Shown piece after piece: positions 9,417 to 18,568 of a stretch of 32,000 bases of DNA (its first letter is position 1; every line of letters starts with the position of its first letter). Under the pieces are notes generated by a model. That model had not been told where the DNA came from and ran no database searches. It saw nothing but the letters and a program-made list of their open reading frames with translations. Both the position numbers and the translations under genes were made by a program. The DNA comes from an uncultured Enterobacter sp. (GTDB lineage Bacteria > Pseudomonadota > Gammaproteobacteria > Enterobacterales > Enterobacteriaceae): assembly GCA_963521185.1 (NCBI GenBank), contig CAUQTV010000013.1:8383-40382 (forward strand), read 5' to 3'.

Positions 9417-10198
9417 TGAAACGGCTGATCCCGCTTCTGCTATTGGGTGCCAGCTTGCCAGCGCTGGCGGAGGAAATCATTTCGCCGGCCCCGCCTTTTA
9501 CCGGCTGGTCCTGGTACAACGAGCCGAAAAAGAAACCGGAGGCACCGACACCCAAAGCGCCGGAACCTCCGCAGCCTGCCGTACCGGACTTGAGTAAAAT
9601 GTCCGCACTGGAGCAGGCGAAGGTGCTGAAGGGCTATACGATGGAGGCGCTAAACCGCGCCATTCTGTATCCGACCCGCGAGAACACGGCGACGTTCCTG
9701 AAGTGGCAGAAATTCTGGACCGACAGGGGGTCGATGTTCAGCCAGTCCTTTGCGGCGGCGCAGTTGTCGAATCCTGAGCTGGATTACAACCTGGAGTTTC
9801 CGCATTACAACTCCACCGCGCCGCTGGTTCAGTCACGCGATCAGCAGCTGCGTGACGAGGCCATAGCAAAACTGTCCTCGCAGTACGGTCTGTTTTACTT
9901 CTACCGGGGCAGTGACCCTATAGATGCGCAGATGGCCGGTGTGGTGGCCGATTTTGCAAAAACCAACCGCATTTCGCTGATACCGGTGTCCATCGATGGC
10001 CAGGTTGCACCATCGCTGCCGGACAGCCGCCCGGACAGCGGCCAGATCAAGGCGATGAATGTCAGTCATTTCCCGGCCCTGTTCCTTGTTGACCCGCGCA
10101 GTCGCCAGTTTCAGCCCCTCGCCTGGGGTTTCATGACGCAGGATGACCTGGCAAAACGCTTCCTTAATGTCTCAAACGGCTTCAAACCCAATTTCTGA
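9413..10198 (+). CDS. traF: TraF, thioredoxin-fold periplasmic pilus-assembly protein lacking CxxC
   Basis: YGLFYFYRGSDPID..., SLIPVSIDG, PDSR.D.GQ and FPALFLVDP....PL..GF..QDDLAK.FLNVS..FKPNF are near-collinear with F TraF. There is no Cys at the thioredoxin active-site position, as in F. Confidence 0.92.
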   Translation: MMKRLIPLLLLGASLPALAEEIISPAPPFTGWSWYNEPKKKPEAPTPKAPEPPQPAVPDLSKMSALEQAKVLKGYTMEALNRAILYPTRENTATFLKWQKFWTDRGSMFSQSFAAAQLSNPELDYNLEFPHYNSTAPLVQSRDQQLRDEAIAKLSSQYGLFYFYRGSDPIDAQMAGVVADFAKTNRISLIPVSIDGQVAPSLPDSRPDSGQIKAMNVSHFPALFLVDPRSRQFQPLAWGFMTQDDLAKRFLNVSNGFKPNF

Positions 10199-10208
10199 GG
10201 ACTCGATT

Positions 10209-10580
10209 GTGAACATAAAACGTCTTACCGGCATGGCAACGTCATGTCTCAGTGCGCTGATTTTTTGTAACATCACGGCACCCGGTGTGCTGTTGCTTGC
10301 CCTTATGTTATCCGTACCGTCTCCGTCTGCTCTGTTTGTTAACGCTGCCCGGACGTTTACCGCGACGGTCCCGGCACCGGCTGAACAGCCGCCCACTTCC
10401 TGCGCGATAACGCCAGTGGACGATCCTTACCCTCGCCCGTGCCTGCAGTTAGCGAAACCAGAATCTGACTTTATCCGCAACGTGGACAGGTTTCTGCTGA
10501 GGCTTTATCTGTTCATCGCCTTGTTGAGCTGTCCTTTCTGGTGTCTGTTAAGTTCCCGGCGATCAGCTGACCGGACGTGA
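10209..10580 (+). CDS. Hypothetical 123-aa protein with N-terminal signal/TM and C-terminal TM segments
   Basis: GAGGA (10197-10201) lies 7 nt upstream of GTG 10209. The ORF track start at 10143 lies inside traF. Hydrophobic N- and C-termini. It sits where F carries trbA/artA. No similarity recognised. Confidence 0.45.
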   Translation: MNIKRLTGMATSCLSALIFCNITAPGVLLLALMLSVPSPSALFVNAARTFTATVPAPAEQPPTSCAITPVDDPYPRPCLQLAKPESDFIRNVDRFLLRLYLFIALLSCPFWCLLSSRRSADRT

Positions 10581-10619
10581 GACACGTCAGGCCTCCATAC
10601 CCTTCTTCTGAGGTTCTCC

Positions 10620-11102
10620 ATGAATACCATCGTTACCGGGCGCACCCTGCGCTCGCTTCGTCGTGCCGTCTGGTTCAGTTTTGTCACTGCGCCGGCACTG
10701 GCGCTCTTTTGCGTGTTTATTTTCCTGACTTTCAACAACTCCCTCGCGGGGACGTTTCTGAACGAAGCCCGTGGTCTGGTTGCTGGTACGCCTGCAGACA
10801 AAGTACGGGTGTGTGCGCCGCCTCTTAACACAACAGGAGGCGGGCACGTTCAGCCGCCGCCCGTCCTGACGTCCCCGTGTGAGCCGGCACTGACGGATGC
10901 GCTCGACTGGCAACGGTCAGCCGACAGCAGTATCCGGGATGCCTACAAAATCCTGGTCATCATGGGCGCGTTCACATGGTTGTTATGCAACGGCATGGCC
11001 GGGTTTAAAGACACCAGGCGCTGGCTGAAGGGTAAAACCATGAAAATTAACGCTGTCCGGCGGGCAGTTCAGGGCGGGCATGGCAAACAGGATAAGGAAT
11101 GA
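10620..11102 (+). CDS. Hypothetical 160-aa membrane protein (two hydrophobic segments)
   Basis: GAGG lies 6 nt upstream of the ATG. Predicted TM segments are VWFSFVTAPALALFCVFIFLTF and ILVIMGAFTWLLCNGMAGF. The stop is 2 nt before the next start. Confidence 0.55.
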   Translation: MNTIVTGRTLRSLRRAVWFSFVTAPALALFCVFIFLTFNNSLAGTFLNEARGLVAGTPADKVRVCAPPLNTTGGGHVQPPPVLTSPCEPALTDALDWQRSADSSIRDAYKILVIMGAFTWLLCNGMAGFKDTRRWLKGKTMKINAVRRAVQGGHGKQDKE

Positions 11103-11103
11103 A

Positions 11104-11325
11104 ATGATGAGATCATTATCTGAAATCGTTGCGTTTTTTGCGGTCGGGATGGTGCTGAAAATACTCAGCGAAATTATCGCGGTATATCCGAATGTCGCGC
11201 AGCAGTTGGTTCTCTGGCTGGCGTACTTTTTGCTGGCCCTCTCAGCAGGGCTGCTTGCCTTCAACCGGTTCTGCTACTGGCGTCGCCGACACAACACCAC
11301 CCCGGAGGTGCCCCGTGAACGGTAA
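11104..11325 (+). CDS. traQ: TraQ-like small inner-membrane protein (pilin chaperone position)
   Basis: AAGGA lies 5 nt upstream of the ATG at 11104. 73 aa with two hydrophobic helices and a basic tail, immediately upstream of trbB as in F. Assigned by position and topology, not by clear sequence identity. Confidence 0.4.
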   Translation: MMRSLSEIVAFFAVGMVLKILSEIIAVYPNVAQQLVLWLAYFLLALSAGLLAFNRFCYWRRRHNTTPEVPRER

Positions 11326-11914
11326 AGCCCTGGTTTCATTGTTACTCCTGTTCCCTCTGCTGGCCTGTGCCGGGGCGCGGGAAGACATTGCGGCCCTTGA
11401 AGCGGGCAAAACGGGTGCAACGTCAATGCCTGCGCCGGTGGCCGCATCGCCTGTCAGTGCGCGAAACCTCATGTCGCTGCCTGATGGCCGCCAGGCCGAC
11501 ATGAAGGATTATGCCGTTGTCCTTTTTATGCAGTCGCACTGCCAGTACAGCGCGAAGTTTGATCCGGTCCTGAAAAGCTGGGCCGATCAGCATGGTGTTC
11601 GGGTGTATCCCTACACACTTGATGGCGGCGGTGACAGCGCTTATCCGGTGCCGCTGATACCCCGCAAGACAAGCCCGACATCGCCGCTGGCAGATGAGAT
11701 CATGACGTTCTTTGGTAACGGGCTGCCGATTGCCACGCCCACGGCTTTTATGGTCAATGTCCATACCCTGAAAGCGTACCCGTTGTCACAGGGGGTCATG
11801 GAGATCCCCGCGCTGGAAAACCGCTACGCCAGTCTGATCCAGGCAGATATGGACCAGGTCAGTCCGCAACAGCTTTCGCCGATGCCAGCGAATGCCCTGG
11901 TGACCCCCCAGTAA
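11315..11914 (+). CDS. trbB: TrbB, periplasmic thioredoxin-fold (DsbC-like) protein with active site reading C-Q-Y-S
   Basis: GGAGG (11304-11308) lies 6 nt upstream of GTG 11315, which opens a signal peptide (NGKALVSLLLLFPLLACAGA). VVLFMQSHCQYSAKFDPVLK and TPTAFMVNV.TL.A.PL.QG resemble F TrbB. The ORF track start at 11192 overlaps traQ out of frame. Confidence 0.8.
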   Translation: MNGKALVSLLLLFPLLACAGAREDIAALEAGKTGATSMPAPVAASPVSARNLMSLPDGRQADMKDYAVVLFMQSHCQYSAKFDPVLKSWADQHGVRVYPYTLDGGGDSAYPVPLIPRKTSPTSPLADEIMTFFGNGLPIATPTAFMVNVHTLKAYPLSQGVMEIPALENRYASLIQADMDQVSPQQLSPMPANALVTPQ

Positions 11915-11929
11915 TTTCCGGAATTCAAC

Positions 11930-12193
11930 ATGAACACATCTTTGTATGCACTTACGCATTCCGAGCGCTGCTGGCTGGTTTACAGCGTGGCGTTTCTGCT
12001 GTCCTCCGCGTTTTACGGCTCGCTGGCCGGGCGGGTTGTCAGTGCGATGTCCCGGCCAGATATCAGCATGATCCTGCGTGACTGCCCGGCCCTGCTGCTG
12101 ATTTCGCTTAGCGCGGGCTTCTTCTTTACCACTGTCGGACATTACGCCATCCGGCAGTCCCTGATCATTGCTCAAAAGGAGTCAGTTTCATGA
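11930..12193 (+). CDS. Small hydrophobic protein in the trbJ/trbF position
   Basis: 87 aa with 2-3 hydrophobic segments, lying between trbB and traH where F has trbJ/trbF. Weak SD. No sequence recognition. Confidence 0.45.
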   Translation: MNTSLYALTHSERCWLVYSVAFLLSSAFYGSLAGRVVSAMSRPDISMILRDCPALLLISLSAGFFFTTVGHYAIRQSLIIAQKESVS

Positions 12194-12238
12194 AAGTACG
12201 GCTAATTACCTTACTGAAAGATGGCCGGAAGGGGGCTG

Positions 12239-13606
12239 ATGATGATTAAACCTCTTTTGATGGCCGGTCTGGTATTTCTTTCTGGTCTCGCTGTGTCACC
12301 GGTGCGGGCTGATGTGAACAGTGACCTGAATGGCTTCTTTGGCAGTCTCGGCTACAGCGGCAACGTAACACAGGCTCAGGCATGGCAGGGGCAGGCCGCC
12401 GGCTACTTCACCGGCGGTTCTGTCTATCTGCGTAACCCGGTAAAAAACGTCCAGCTTATTTCAATGCAACTACCGTCGCTCAATGCCGGCTGCGGTGGGA
12501 TTGATGCATACCTCGGTTCGTTTTCAATGATAAGCGGGGAGGAAATCCAGCGCTTTGTGAAGCAGATCATGAGTAACGCCGCCGGGTACGCGTTTGACCT
12601 GGCGCTTCAGACGATGGTGCCGGAGCTGAAGCAGGCCAAAGACTTCCTGCAAAAGCTGGCCAGTGACGTGAATTCGTCAAATATGAGTTCATGTCAGGCT
12701 GCGCAGGGCATTATCGGCGGACTGTGGCCTGTTACGCAGGTATCCCAACAAAAAATCTGCCAGGACATTGCCGGTGAAACCAATATGTTTTCTGACTGGG
12801 CGGCGTCACGTCAGGGCTGTACGGTCGGAGGGCAGGGCGACAACGTTACCAGCAGAGCGTCTGATTCGGAGAAAGATCAGGTGCTGAAAAATAAAAACCT
12901 CATCTGGGATGCACTCAGTCGAAATCACCTGTTCGACAGTAATCAGCAGCTAAAAGAGCTGGTAATGAGTACGGTTGGTTCGATTATCTTCAACAGAACG
13001 GGGGACGTTACGATCCTGACGCCACTGGTTGATAACCGTGACCTCATAAAAGTGCTGATGCGCGGAGGTGCGGCAAAGGTGTACGGCTGTGATGAGGCAA
13101 CCCTGTGCCTGACACCTGTGGTGACCACCATCACCATTACGGAAAGCAATGGTCTGGTGACGCTGGTGAAAAATCTGATGCTCTCCATGCAGGCGAAGCT
13201 GACGGATGACACGGCGCTGACCGATCAGGAGAAAGGCTTCGTTAATACCACATCAGTCCCGGTACTGAAATATCTCACCAACGCCCAGAGTATGGGGCAG
13301 AGCGCGACTTACCTGATTCAGGTTGCTGATTTTATTGCTCAGGACCTGATGATCCAGTACCTGCAGGAGCTGGTCAAACAGGCCAGCCTGTCAATGGCCG
13401 GTAAAAACTGGCCAGAAGATGCCGCGGGGAAACTGCGCGACAATGTGATGCATGCGCAGGGCCTGCTGGCCGATATGAAGCTGCAGTCCGCAGCCGATCA
13501 GAACGCACTTGATGGCATTGACCGCAATATGCAGTACCTGCAGCAGCAGGTATCGACCATCGTATCCGGCTCGTACCAGAGCAACTACCACTGGGGCGAC
13601 CAATGA
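12239..13606 (+). CDS. traH: TraH, periplasmic/outer-membrane-associated pilus-assembly protein
   Basis: GGAAGGGGG lies upstream of ATG 12239/12242. Long collinear matches to F TraH include WQGQAAGY..GGS.Y, VQLISM.LP..NAGCGGIDAYLGSFS, FVKQIMSNAAGY.FDLALQT, SSCQAAQGIIGGL and QNNYHxG. Confidence 0.95.
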   Translation: MMIKPLLMAGLVFLSGLAVSPVRADVNSDLNGFFGSLGYSGNVTQAQAWQGQAAGYFTGGSVYLRNPVKNVQLISMQLPSLNAGCGGIDAYLGSFSMISGEEIQRFVKQIMSNAAGYAFDLALQTMVPELKQAKDFLQKLASDVNSSNMSSCQAAQGIIGGLWPVTQVSQQKICQDIAGETNMFSDWAASRQGCTVGGQGDNVTSRASDSEKDQVLKNKNLIWDALSRNHLFDSNQQLKELVMSTVGSIIFNRTGDVTILTPLVDNRDLIKVLMRGGAAKVYGCDEATLCLTPVVTTITITESNGLVTLVKNLMLSMQAKLTDDTALTDQEKGFVNTTSVPVLKYLTNAQSMGQSATYLIQVADFIAQDLMIQYLQELVKQASLSMAGKNWPEDAAGKLRDNVMHAQGLLADMKLQSAADQNALDGIDRNMQYLQQQVSTIVSGSYQSNYHWGDQ

Positions 13607-13645
13607 TGATTTCCTTACGTTGCGGCCACGCTTTGGGGAGGCAGC

Positions 13646-16600
13646 ATGCTTGAGATTTACACGATTTATGGCGGGGGAATGTGGAAATCCGCCCTCGATG
13701 CTGTGGTCGGTATTATGGGCAACAGCACCTGGCGAACCCTGATGCGTATTGCCGGCACCTTTGCAGTCGGTGGGGTGCTGATTATTTTTATCAAAACCCG
13801 TAACCCGATGGAGTTCGTGAAGTGGCTGGCGGTGTTTATGCTGGTCACCACGGTGCTGGTTGTCCCTAAACGGTCTGTTCAGATTATTGACATTACTGAC
13901 CCGGCCGCCGTGTGGAAGACAGATAATGTTCCTGTTGGCCTTGCGGCAATCGCCTCGCTGACCACGTCCATTGGATACCGGATCGCCAGCCTTTACGACA
14001 TGATGATGGCCCGGCCCGATTCAGTAACCTACACCAGAACGGGCATGCTGTTTGGCTCACAGATTGTGGCCGAAACCAGTGATTTCCGTACACAGAATCC
14101 GGATCTTGCACAGATGCTTCCCGACTATGTGGAAAACTGTGTCATCGGCGATATCCTGCTGAACCATAAGTACACCGTCAATCAGTTGCTTAACACGACC
14201 GATCCCCTGACGCTTATCACGAGTGATCCCAGTCCGCTGAGGGGGATATATAAGACTACCAGTGTCACCCGTGAGTTTTTGACCTGCGCGCAGGCAGCAG
14301 CGCAAATCAAAACGCTGGCCAACACCGATGCCCAGCCGGGTAGCGCCAGCTTTGCCTGGCTGACGCAGAAAGTGTTCGGTAACAAAGTGGGCGGGGCGAC
14401 GTTACTGGCCAATGCGATGGGGGAGAGTTACGGATTTTTCTACACCGGTGGCCTGACGGCGGCGCAGATCATGAAAAATAACGTCACCAACGGGGCTATC
14501 CGGCAGGGTGTGAAAGGCTTTGCGGCACGATCATCAGATACCGCCAACCTGCTCAATCTGGCGACAGAAAGTGCTGCCACAAAACAGCGTCTCAGCTGGG
14601 CGGCCGGCAGTGAGCTGGCCACCCGGACCCTGCCGTTTGCGCAGTCCCTGCTGATGCTGATCCTGGTGTGCCTCTTTCCTTTGGTTATCGCGCTGGCGGC
14701 TGCCAACCATACCCTTTTCGGCCTCAACACGCTGAAAATCTATGTCTGCGGCTTCCTGTATTTCCAGATGTGGCCGGTGATGTTTGCCATTCTCAATTAT
14801 GCGGCGACGTTCTGGCTGCAGACAAAGACTGGCGGTACGCCGCTTGTGCTGGCGAACAGTGACGTGGTGGCCCTGCAGCATTCCGATGTGGCAAATCTGG
14901 CCGGGTATCTGTCGATGTCCATACCCCTGCTGGCGTTTTACCTGACGCGCGGTGCCGCCTCCGTCGGTTCGCAGGTGGCGGGCAGCGTACTCAGTTCGGC
15001 TGCTTTTGGTTCTGCCGGCGTGGCAGCCTCCACTGCTGACGGAAACTGGTCGTTCAATAACATGTCCATGGATAACGTCTCGCAAAACAAAATGGACACA
15101 AACCTGTCGCAACGACAGGGGCAGCAGACCTGGCAGGCTGACAATGGTTCCACACAGACCATGACGGCCAGCGGTATGAACGTGATCGATGGTTCCGGAG
15201 CCATGTCCAACCTGCCGGTCAACATGCGGCTCAGCCAGCTGGCTAGCAGTGGCTTCCAGGAGCAGGCGAGACTGTCACAGACGCAGGCGCAGACGTCGCT
15301 CGATGGCTACAACCACAGCGTCACCAGCGGCTGGTCCCAGCTCTCGCAGCTGTCACACCAGAAAGGCAGCAGTGAAACGCTGACGCAGGGGGCTGAAAAC
15401 AGCCAGGCAATGAATGCGAGTCGCGGGGCCAGCATTATGATGTCGGCCGCAGAGAGTTACGCGAAGGCGAATAATATCTCGACGCAGGAGGCCTATAACA
15501 CCCTGATGAGTAAATCGAATGAAGAAAGCTTTAACGTCGGGATGGGAGGAAAAATTGATACCAGTAAAAGCCTGTGGGGCAAGGCCGGCGAGATGGCGAC
15601 CGGGGCCAGTGTCAATCTTCATGGTGGCGTAGACTATAAAGGCGCAATGTCAGCTTCGCACGGTACGCAGACCACTGTCGCCGATGGCATTGATAACCGT
15701 CACGATAAAAACAGCCAGATGGTGAACGATTTCCGCCAGGGCATGGATATGGTGACCAGCGCACGGGTGACCGACAGCGCAAGCCATGCTGAAAATGCCG
15801 GGACCAGCGACGTGCAGCAGCTGGCGGCCACGCTCAGTGATGCGAAAAGCCAGTATCATCAGTACACGACCAGCGCAACGAAAAGCGATGAGTTCAGCCG
15901 GATGGCCAGCCTGTCTCAGAACGAAAGTGCCAGCCTCGATGCGAACTACACCCAGGAGTTTGTTAACTGGTCTGCCAATAAATACGGTGATAAAGCCCAG
16001 GCCATGCTGACGAGCGCGCCGCAGGCCCGCGAAGCCGCAATGGAGTTTGTGAACGAGCGGCTGAAACCGGAAATTATGGGGGATTATCAGCAGGGCCGTT
16101 CAGACCTGCGGTCTGGTGACAGTCATGAGGCCTTCACGTCCCACAGTTCTACTCCGTCTGAAGCAGGAGACGCACCGATAATTCAGAGCGAAAACCGTGG
16201 CATCAGTCATAGTAGCGAAAGCGCGGCAGCGTCCACCTCGCAGGGCAATAACATCACCGGCGGGTATCAGCAACGTGGTGAGGTACAGTCTGGCTATCAA
16301 AGCAGTACTCTGTCCGGAGGGTATGCGCACAGTGGCGTATCGCAGTCCGGAGGCGTTCAAAGCAGTCAACCGCAGCCTGACGATCTGAGCCGTTCAGGAG
16401 CGGCTACCCGGCATGGCAGCGTCAACACGCGCGGTACAAATTCAGGAGGCACTTCCGGTCAGCTGTATGATCCGTCTCCGGCGCAAACACACGGAGATAG
16501 TGGTCACGTTGCTGTGGCAGGCCATGCAGCCGGCCAGGGGCAACACGATGGCGTACAGGGCCAGGCGGTTAATGTTAACGGGACGGACAACCTGCCGGGA

Positions 16601-16933
16601 AATAAACTGAAGGATGAATTTAAACAACACCAGGAGGCCCTGAAAGCACAGTCGGAAACAGGATTTAACGCGCAACAGGAAATGGCAGGTCGTGTCGCGG
16701 CAAAGCAAAACTGGAATGAAGAAGAAATTAAGAATAACTCAGACAATATTGATAAAAACCGATCCACTGTTGAAGCATCCAGTGGTATATTAAAAGGAGA
16801 ACATGCAGGTGCCCAGAGTCGGTTTGTTAAGGGCAATGAAGAAGCAAAAGGTAAACAGCATTTAATAACCCAGAAACCAGGCGAGCAGGACTTTCAGAGT
16901 AAGCTTGACGAACTGAGAAAAAAAGCAGGTTAA
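13646..16933 (+). CDS. traG: TraG (F-type; VirB6-like N-terminal polytopic domain plus periplasmic C-terminal mating-pair stabilisation/entry-exclusion domain)
   Basis: 1095 aa. The N-terminal half has multiple TM helices. It lies between traH and traS. The C-terminal part carries a long S/G/Q-rich low-complexity stretch that makes it longer than F TraG (938 aa). Confidence 0.9.
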   Translation: MLEIYTIYGGGMWKSALDAVVGIMGNSTWRTLMRIAGTFAVGGVLIIFIKTRNPMEFVKWLAVFMLVTTVLVVPKRSVQIIDITDPAAVWKTDNVPVGLAAIASLTTSIGYRIASLYDMMMARPDSVTYTRTGMLFGSQIVAETSDFRTQNPDLAQMLPDYVENCVIGDILLNHKYTVNQLLNTTDPLTLITSDPSPLRGIYKTTSVTREFLTCAQAAAQIKTLANTDAQPGSASFAWLTQKVFGNKVGGATLLANAMGESYGFFYTGGLTAAQIMKNNVTNGAIRQGVKGFAARSSDTANLLNLATESAATKQRLSWAAGSELATRTLPFAQSLLMLILVCLFPLVIALAAANHTLFGLNTLKIYVCGFLYFQMWPVMFAILNYAATFWLQTKTGGTPLVLANSDVVALQHSDVANLAGYLSMSIPLLAFYLTRGAASVGSQVAGSVLSSAAFGSAGVAASTADGNWSFNNMSMDNVSQNKMDTNLSQRQGQQTWQADNGSTQTMTASGMNVIDGSGAMSNLPVNMRLSQLASSGFQEQARLSQTQAQTSLDGYNHSVTSGWSQLSQLSHQKGSSETLTQGAENSQAMNASRGASIMMSAAESYAKANNISTQEAYNTLMSKSNEESFNVGMGGKIDTSKSLWGKAGEMATGASVNLHGGVDYKGAMSASHGTQTTVADGIDNRHDKNSQMVNDFRQGMDMVTSARVTDSASHAENAGTSDVQQLAATLSDAKSQYHQYTTSATKSDEFSRMASLSQNESASLDANYTQEFVNWSANKYGDKAQAMLTSAPQAREAAMEFVNERLKPEIMGDYQQGRSDLRSGDSHEAFTSHSSTPSEAGDAPIIQSENRGISHSSESAAASTSQGNNITGGYQQRGEVQSGYQSSTLSGGYAHSGVSQSGGVQSSQPQPDDLSRSGAATRHGSVNTRGTNSGGTSGQLYDPSPAQTHGDSGHVAVAGHAAGQGQHDGVQGQAVNVNGTDNLPGNKLKDEFKQHQEALKAQSETGFNAQQEMAGRVAAKQNWNEEEIKNNSDNIDKNRSTVEASSGILKGEHAGAQSRFVKGNEEAKGKQHLITQKPGEQDFQSKLDELRKKAG

Positions 16934-16945
16934 AGGAGCAGATAT

Positions 16946-17518
16946 ATGGTGATTACGCAAAATGATGTCGGCAACGACATTAAAATGATTACGGACAGTC
17001 TGTCTGATAAAAACAGACCACTTGTTGCCCCCGTCGCTGCCCTGAAAATAGCGATGCTTTGGCCCGGTCTGTGTTTGTTGGCTTATTTAACCGCTTTTAT
17101 CTTGGTAATTATATCTTATCCACCTGTTTATGATGCATGGGGTGATCCTGTCAGCATTTTCTGGGATTACAGCTTTGGATTTGCAGCCATGGGTCTAACA
17201 GTCGCGTTTGGTTTGGCGATCGGGGCAGGCATGTATGGTCCGGCTTTGTTTTACCTGACTATTCCGGAAGACATCAGAAGTAAGTCACTTGTTATCAGTA
17301 ACATGAAGATGCTAGTCAAAAAGTTGGGGGCATTTTTCATCATTTGTAATTTTATGCTTGCAGTGGCTGTTTGCTTTTATCGTGACTTAATGTTCGCCTC
17401 ACCATTATTGCTGATGTTTTCTTTCATCATTATGCAGGGCATCCTGAGTGCAGAGATGACCCGTTACGGTATCGCGCCGTTAATGAAGAAGATGGTATCG
17501 CTTGCCAGAAAGATCTAA
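16946..17518 (+). CDS. traS: TraS-like entry-exclusion inner-membrane protein
   Basis: AGGAG lies 7 nt upstream of the ATG. 190 aa, very hydrophobic with about 4 TM segments, and AT-richer than its neighbours. It sits between traG and traT. TraS families are too divergent to recognise by sequence. Confidence 0.6.
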   Translation: MVITQNDVGNDIKMITDSLSDKNRPLVAPVAALKIAMLWPGLCLLAYLTAFILVIISYPPVYDAWGDPVSIFWDYSFGFAAMGLTVAFGLAIGAGMYGPALFYLTIPEDIRSKSLVISNMKMLVKKLGAFFIICNFMLAVAVCFYRDLMFASPLLLMFSFIIMQGILSAEMTRYGIAPLMKKMVSLARKI

Positions 17519-17541
17519 CTCCGCTTGATTCAAATCAATAA

Positions 17542-17572
17542 AGCCTCGCTAAACCAGCGGGGCTTTATATTT
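17542..17572 (+). terminator. Rho-independent terminator-like hairpin after traS
   Basis: AGCCTCGC (17542-17549) pairs with GCGGGGCT (17557-17564), an 8-bp stem including one G-U pair and a 7-nt loop, followed by TTATATTT. Confidence 0.5.
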
Positions 17573-17609
17573 CCCGTAAAGAAAAATTCTCTACTGCCGA
17601 TAAGAGTCT

Positions 17610-17631
17610 GGTTAATGGTCTGCCATTAACC
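17610..17631. promoter_or_regulatory. Perfect 9-bp inverted repeat upstream of traT (operator or 5'-UTR hairpin candidate)
   Basis: GGTTAATGG-tctg-CCATTAACC, ending 31 nt upstream of the traT ATG. Confidence 0.3.
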
Positions 17632-17662
17632 GGGACGCTTTGGCTTATACAGGATAACTTCA

Positions 17663-18394
17663 ATGAAATTAAAAAATATTGCCGTAGCTGGCATCGTACT
17701 CTCTGTTTTCACCCTCTCCGGCTGTGGCGCAATGTCAACGGCAGTTAAAAAACGTAACCTCGATGTCAAAACGCAAATGAGTCAGACCATCTGGCTTGAG
17801 CCATCATCTGAGAAGACCGTTTATATTCAGGTCCGTAATACCTCCGATAAAGATATGTCCGGTCTGGAGGCATTAATTAACCGTGATTTGACGGCGAAAG
17901 GTTATAAAGTCAGTTCGTCCCCGGACACTGCCTATTACTGGGTGCAGGCCAACGTGCTGAAAGCCGATAAAATGGATCTGCGTCAGGCTCAGGGGTTCCT
18001 GAGCACGGGTTATGAAGGAGCCGCTTCTGCCGCCGCCCTGGGAGCCGGTATCACCGCCTACAACTCTTCATCTGCCGGTGCTACGCTGGGTGTCGGACTT
18101 GCCGCTGGCCTTGTAGGCCTGGCTGCAGATTCGATGGTTGAGGACGTGAACTTCACGATGGTGACCGATCTGCAGATTTCCGAACGCACCAAAGCCACCG
18201 TGACCACCGACAACGTGGCCGCGTTGCGTCAGGGGACTTCGGCAGTGAAAGTACAGACCAGCTCTGAAGAAGGCAACCGCCAGAAATACCAGACCCGCGT
18301 GGTGTCCAACGCCAACAAGGTCAACCTCAAATTCGAAGAAGCCAAACCTGAACTTGAAGCCCAGCTGGCGAAGTCCATCGCCGGTATTATGTAA
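17663..18394 (+). CDS. traT: TraT, surface-exclusion / serum-resistance outer-membrane lipoprotein
   Basis: Lipobox [30 protein letters not shown] is almost identical to F/R100 TraT. 243 aa, as in F. Confidence 0.97.
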   Translation: MKLKNIAVAGIVLSVFTLSGCGAMSTAVKKRNLDVKTQMSQTIWLEPSSEKTVYIQVRNTSDKDMSGLEALINRDLTAKGYKVSSSPDTAYYWVQANVLKADKMDLRQAQGFLSTGYEGAASAAALGAGITAYNSSSAGATLGVGLAAGLVGLAADSMVEDVNFTMVTDLQISERTKATVTTDNVAALRQGTSAVKVQTSSEEGNRQKYQTRVVSNANKVNLKFEEAKPELEAQLAKSIAGIM

Positions 18395-18519
18395 TTCCCC
18401 CGGCGATAGCAGCACGCTGTCGCCGACATTCTCTGCCTTACCCTTCTTAAAGCATAACCCCCTCCGGGGATAAACCAGGATCCGGTGTGTATGTGCGTAA
18501 TGTTACTCCTGTGAAATTT

Positions 18520-18568
18520 CGCTTCCTCGCATGACTGCGCATGGCGCAGCCCTGTCTGCGGCGAGCGC
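18520..18568. repeat. GC-rich intergenic element, copy A (CGCTTCCTCG...CTGCGGCGAGCG family)
   Basis: It has the same termini as copy C at 28027-28078. An internal hairpin is CTGCGC-atg-GCGCAG. Upstream flanks are also similar (TTACTCCTGTG vs TTATTCCTGTG; CTTACCC...CTCCGGGGA vs CTTACCCC..CTCCGGGAA). Confidence 0.7.
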
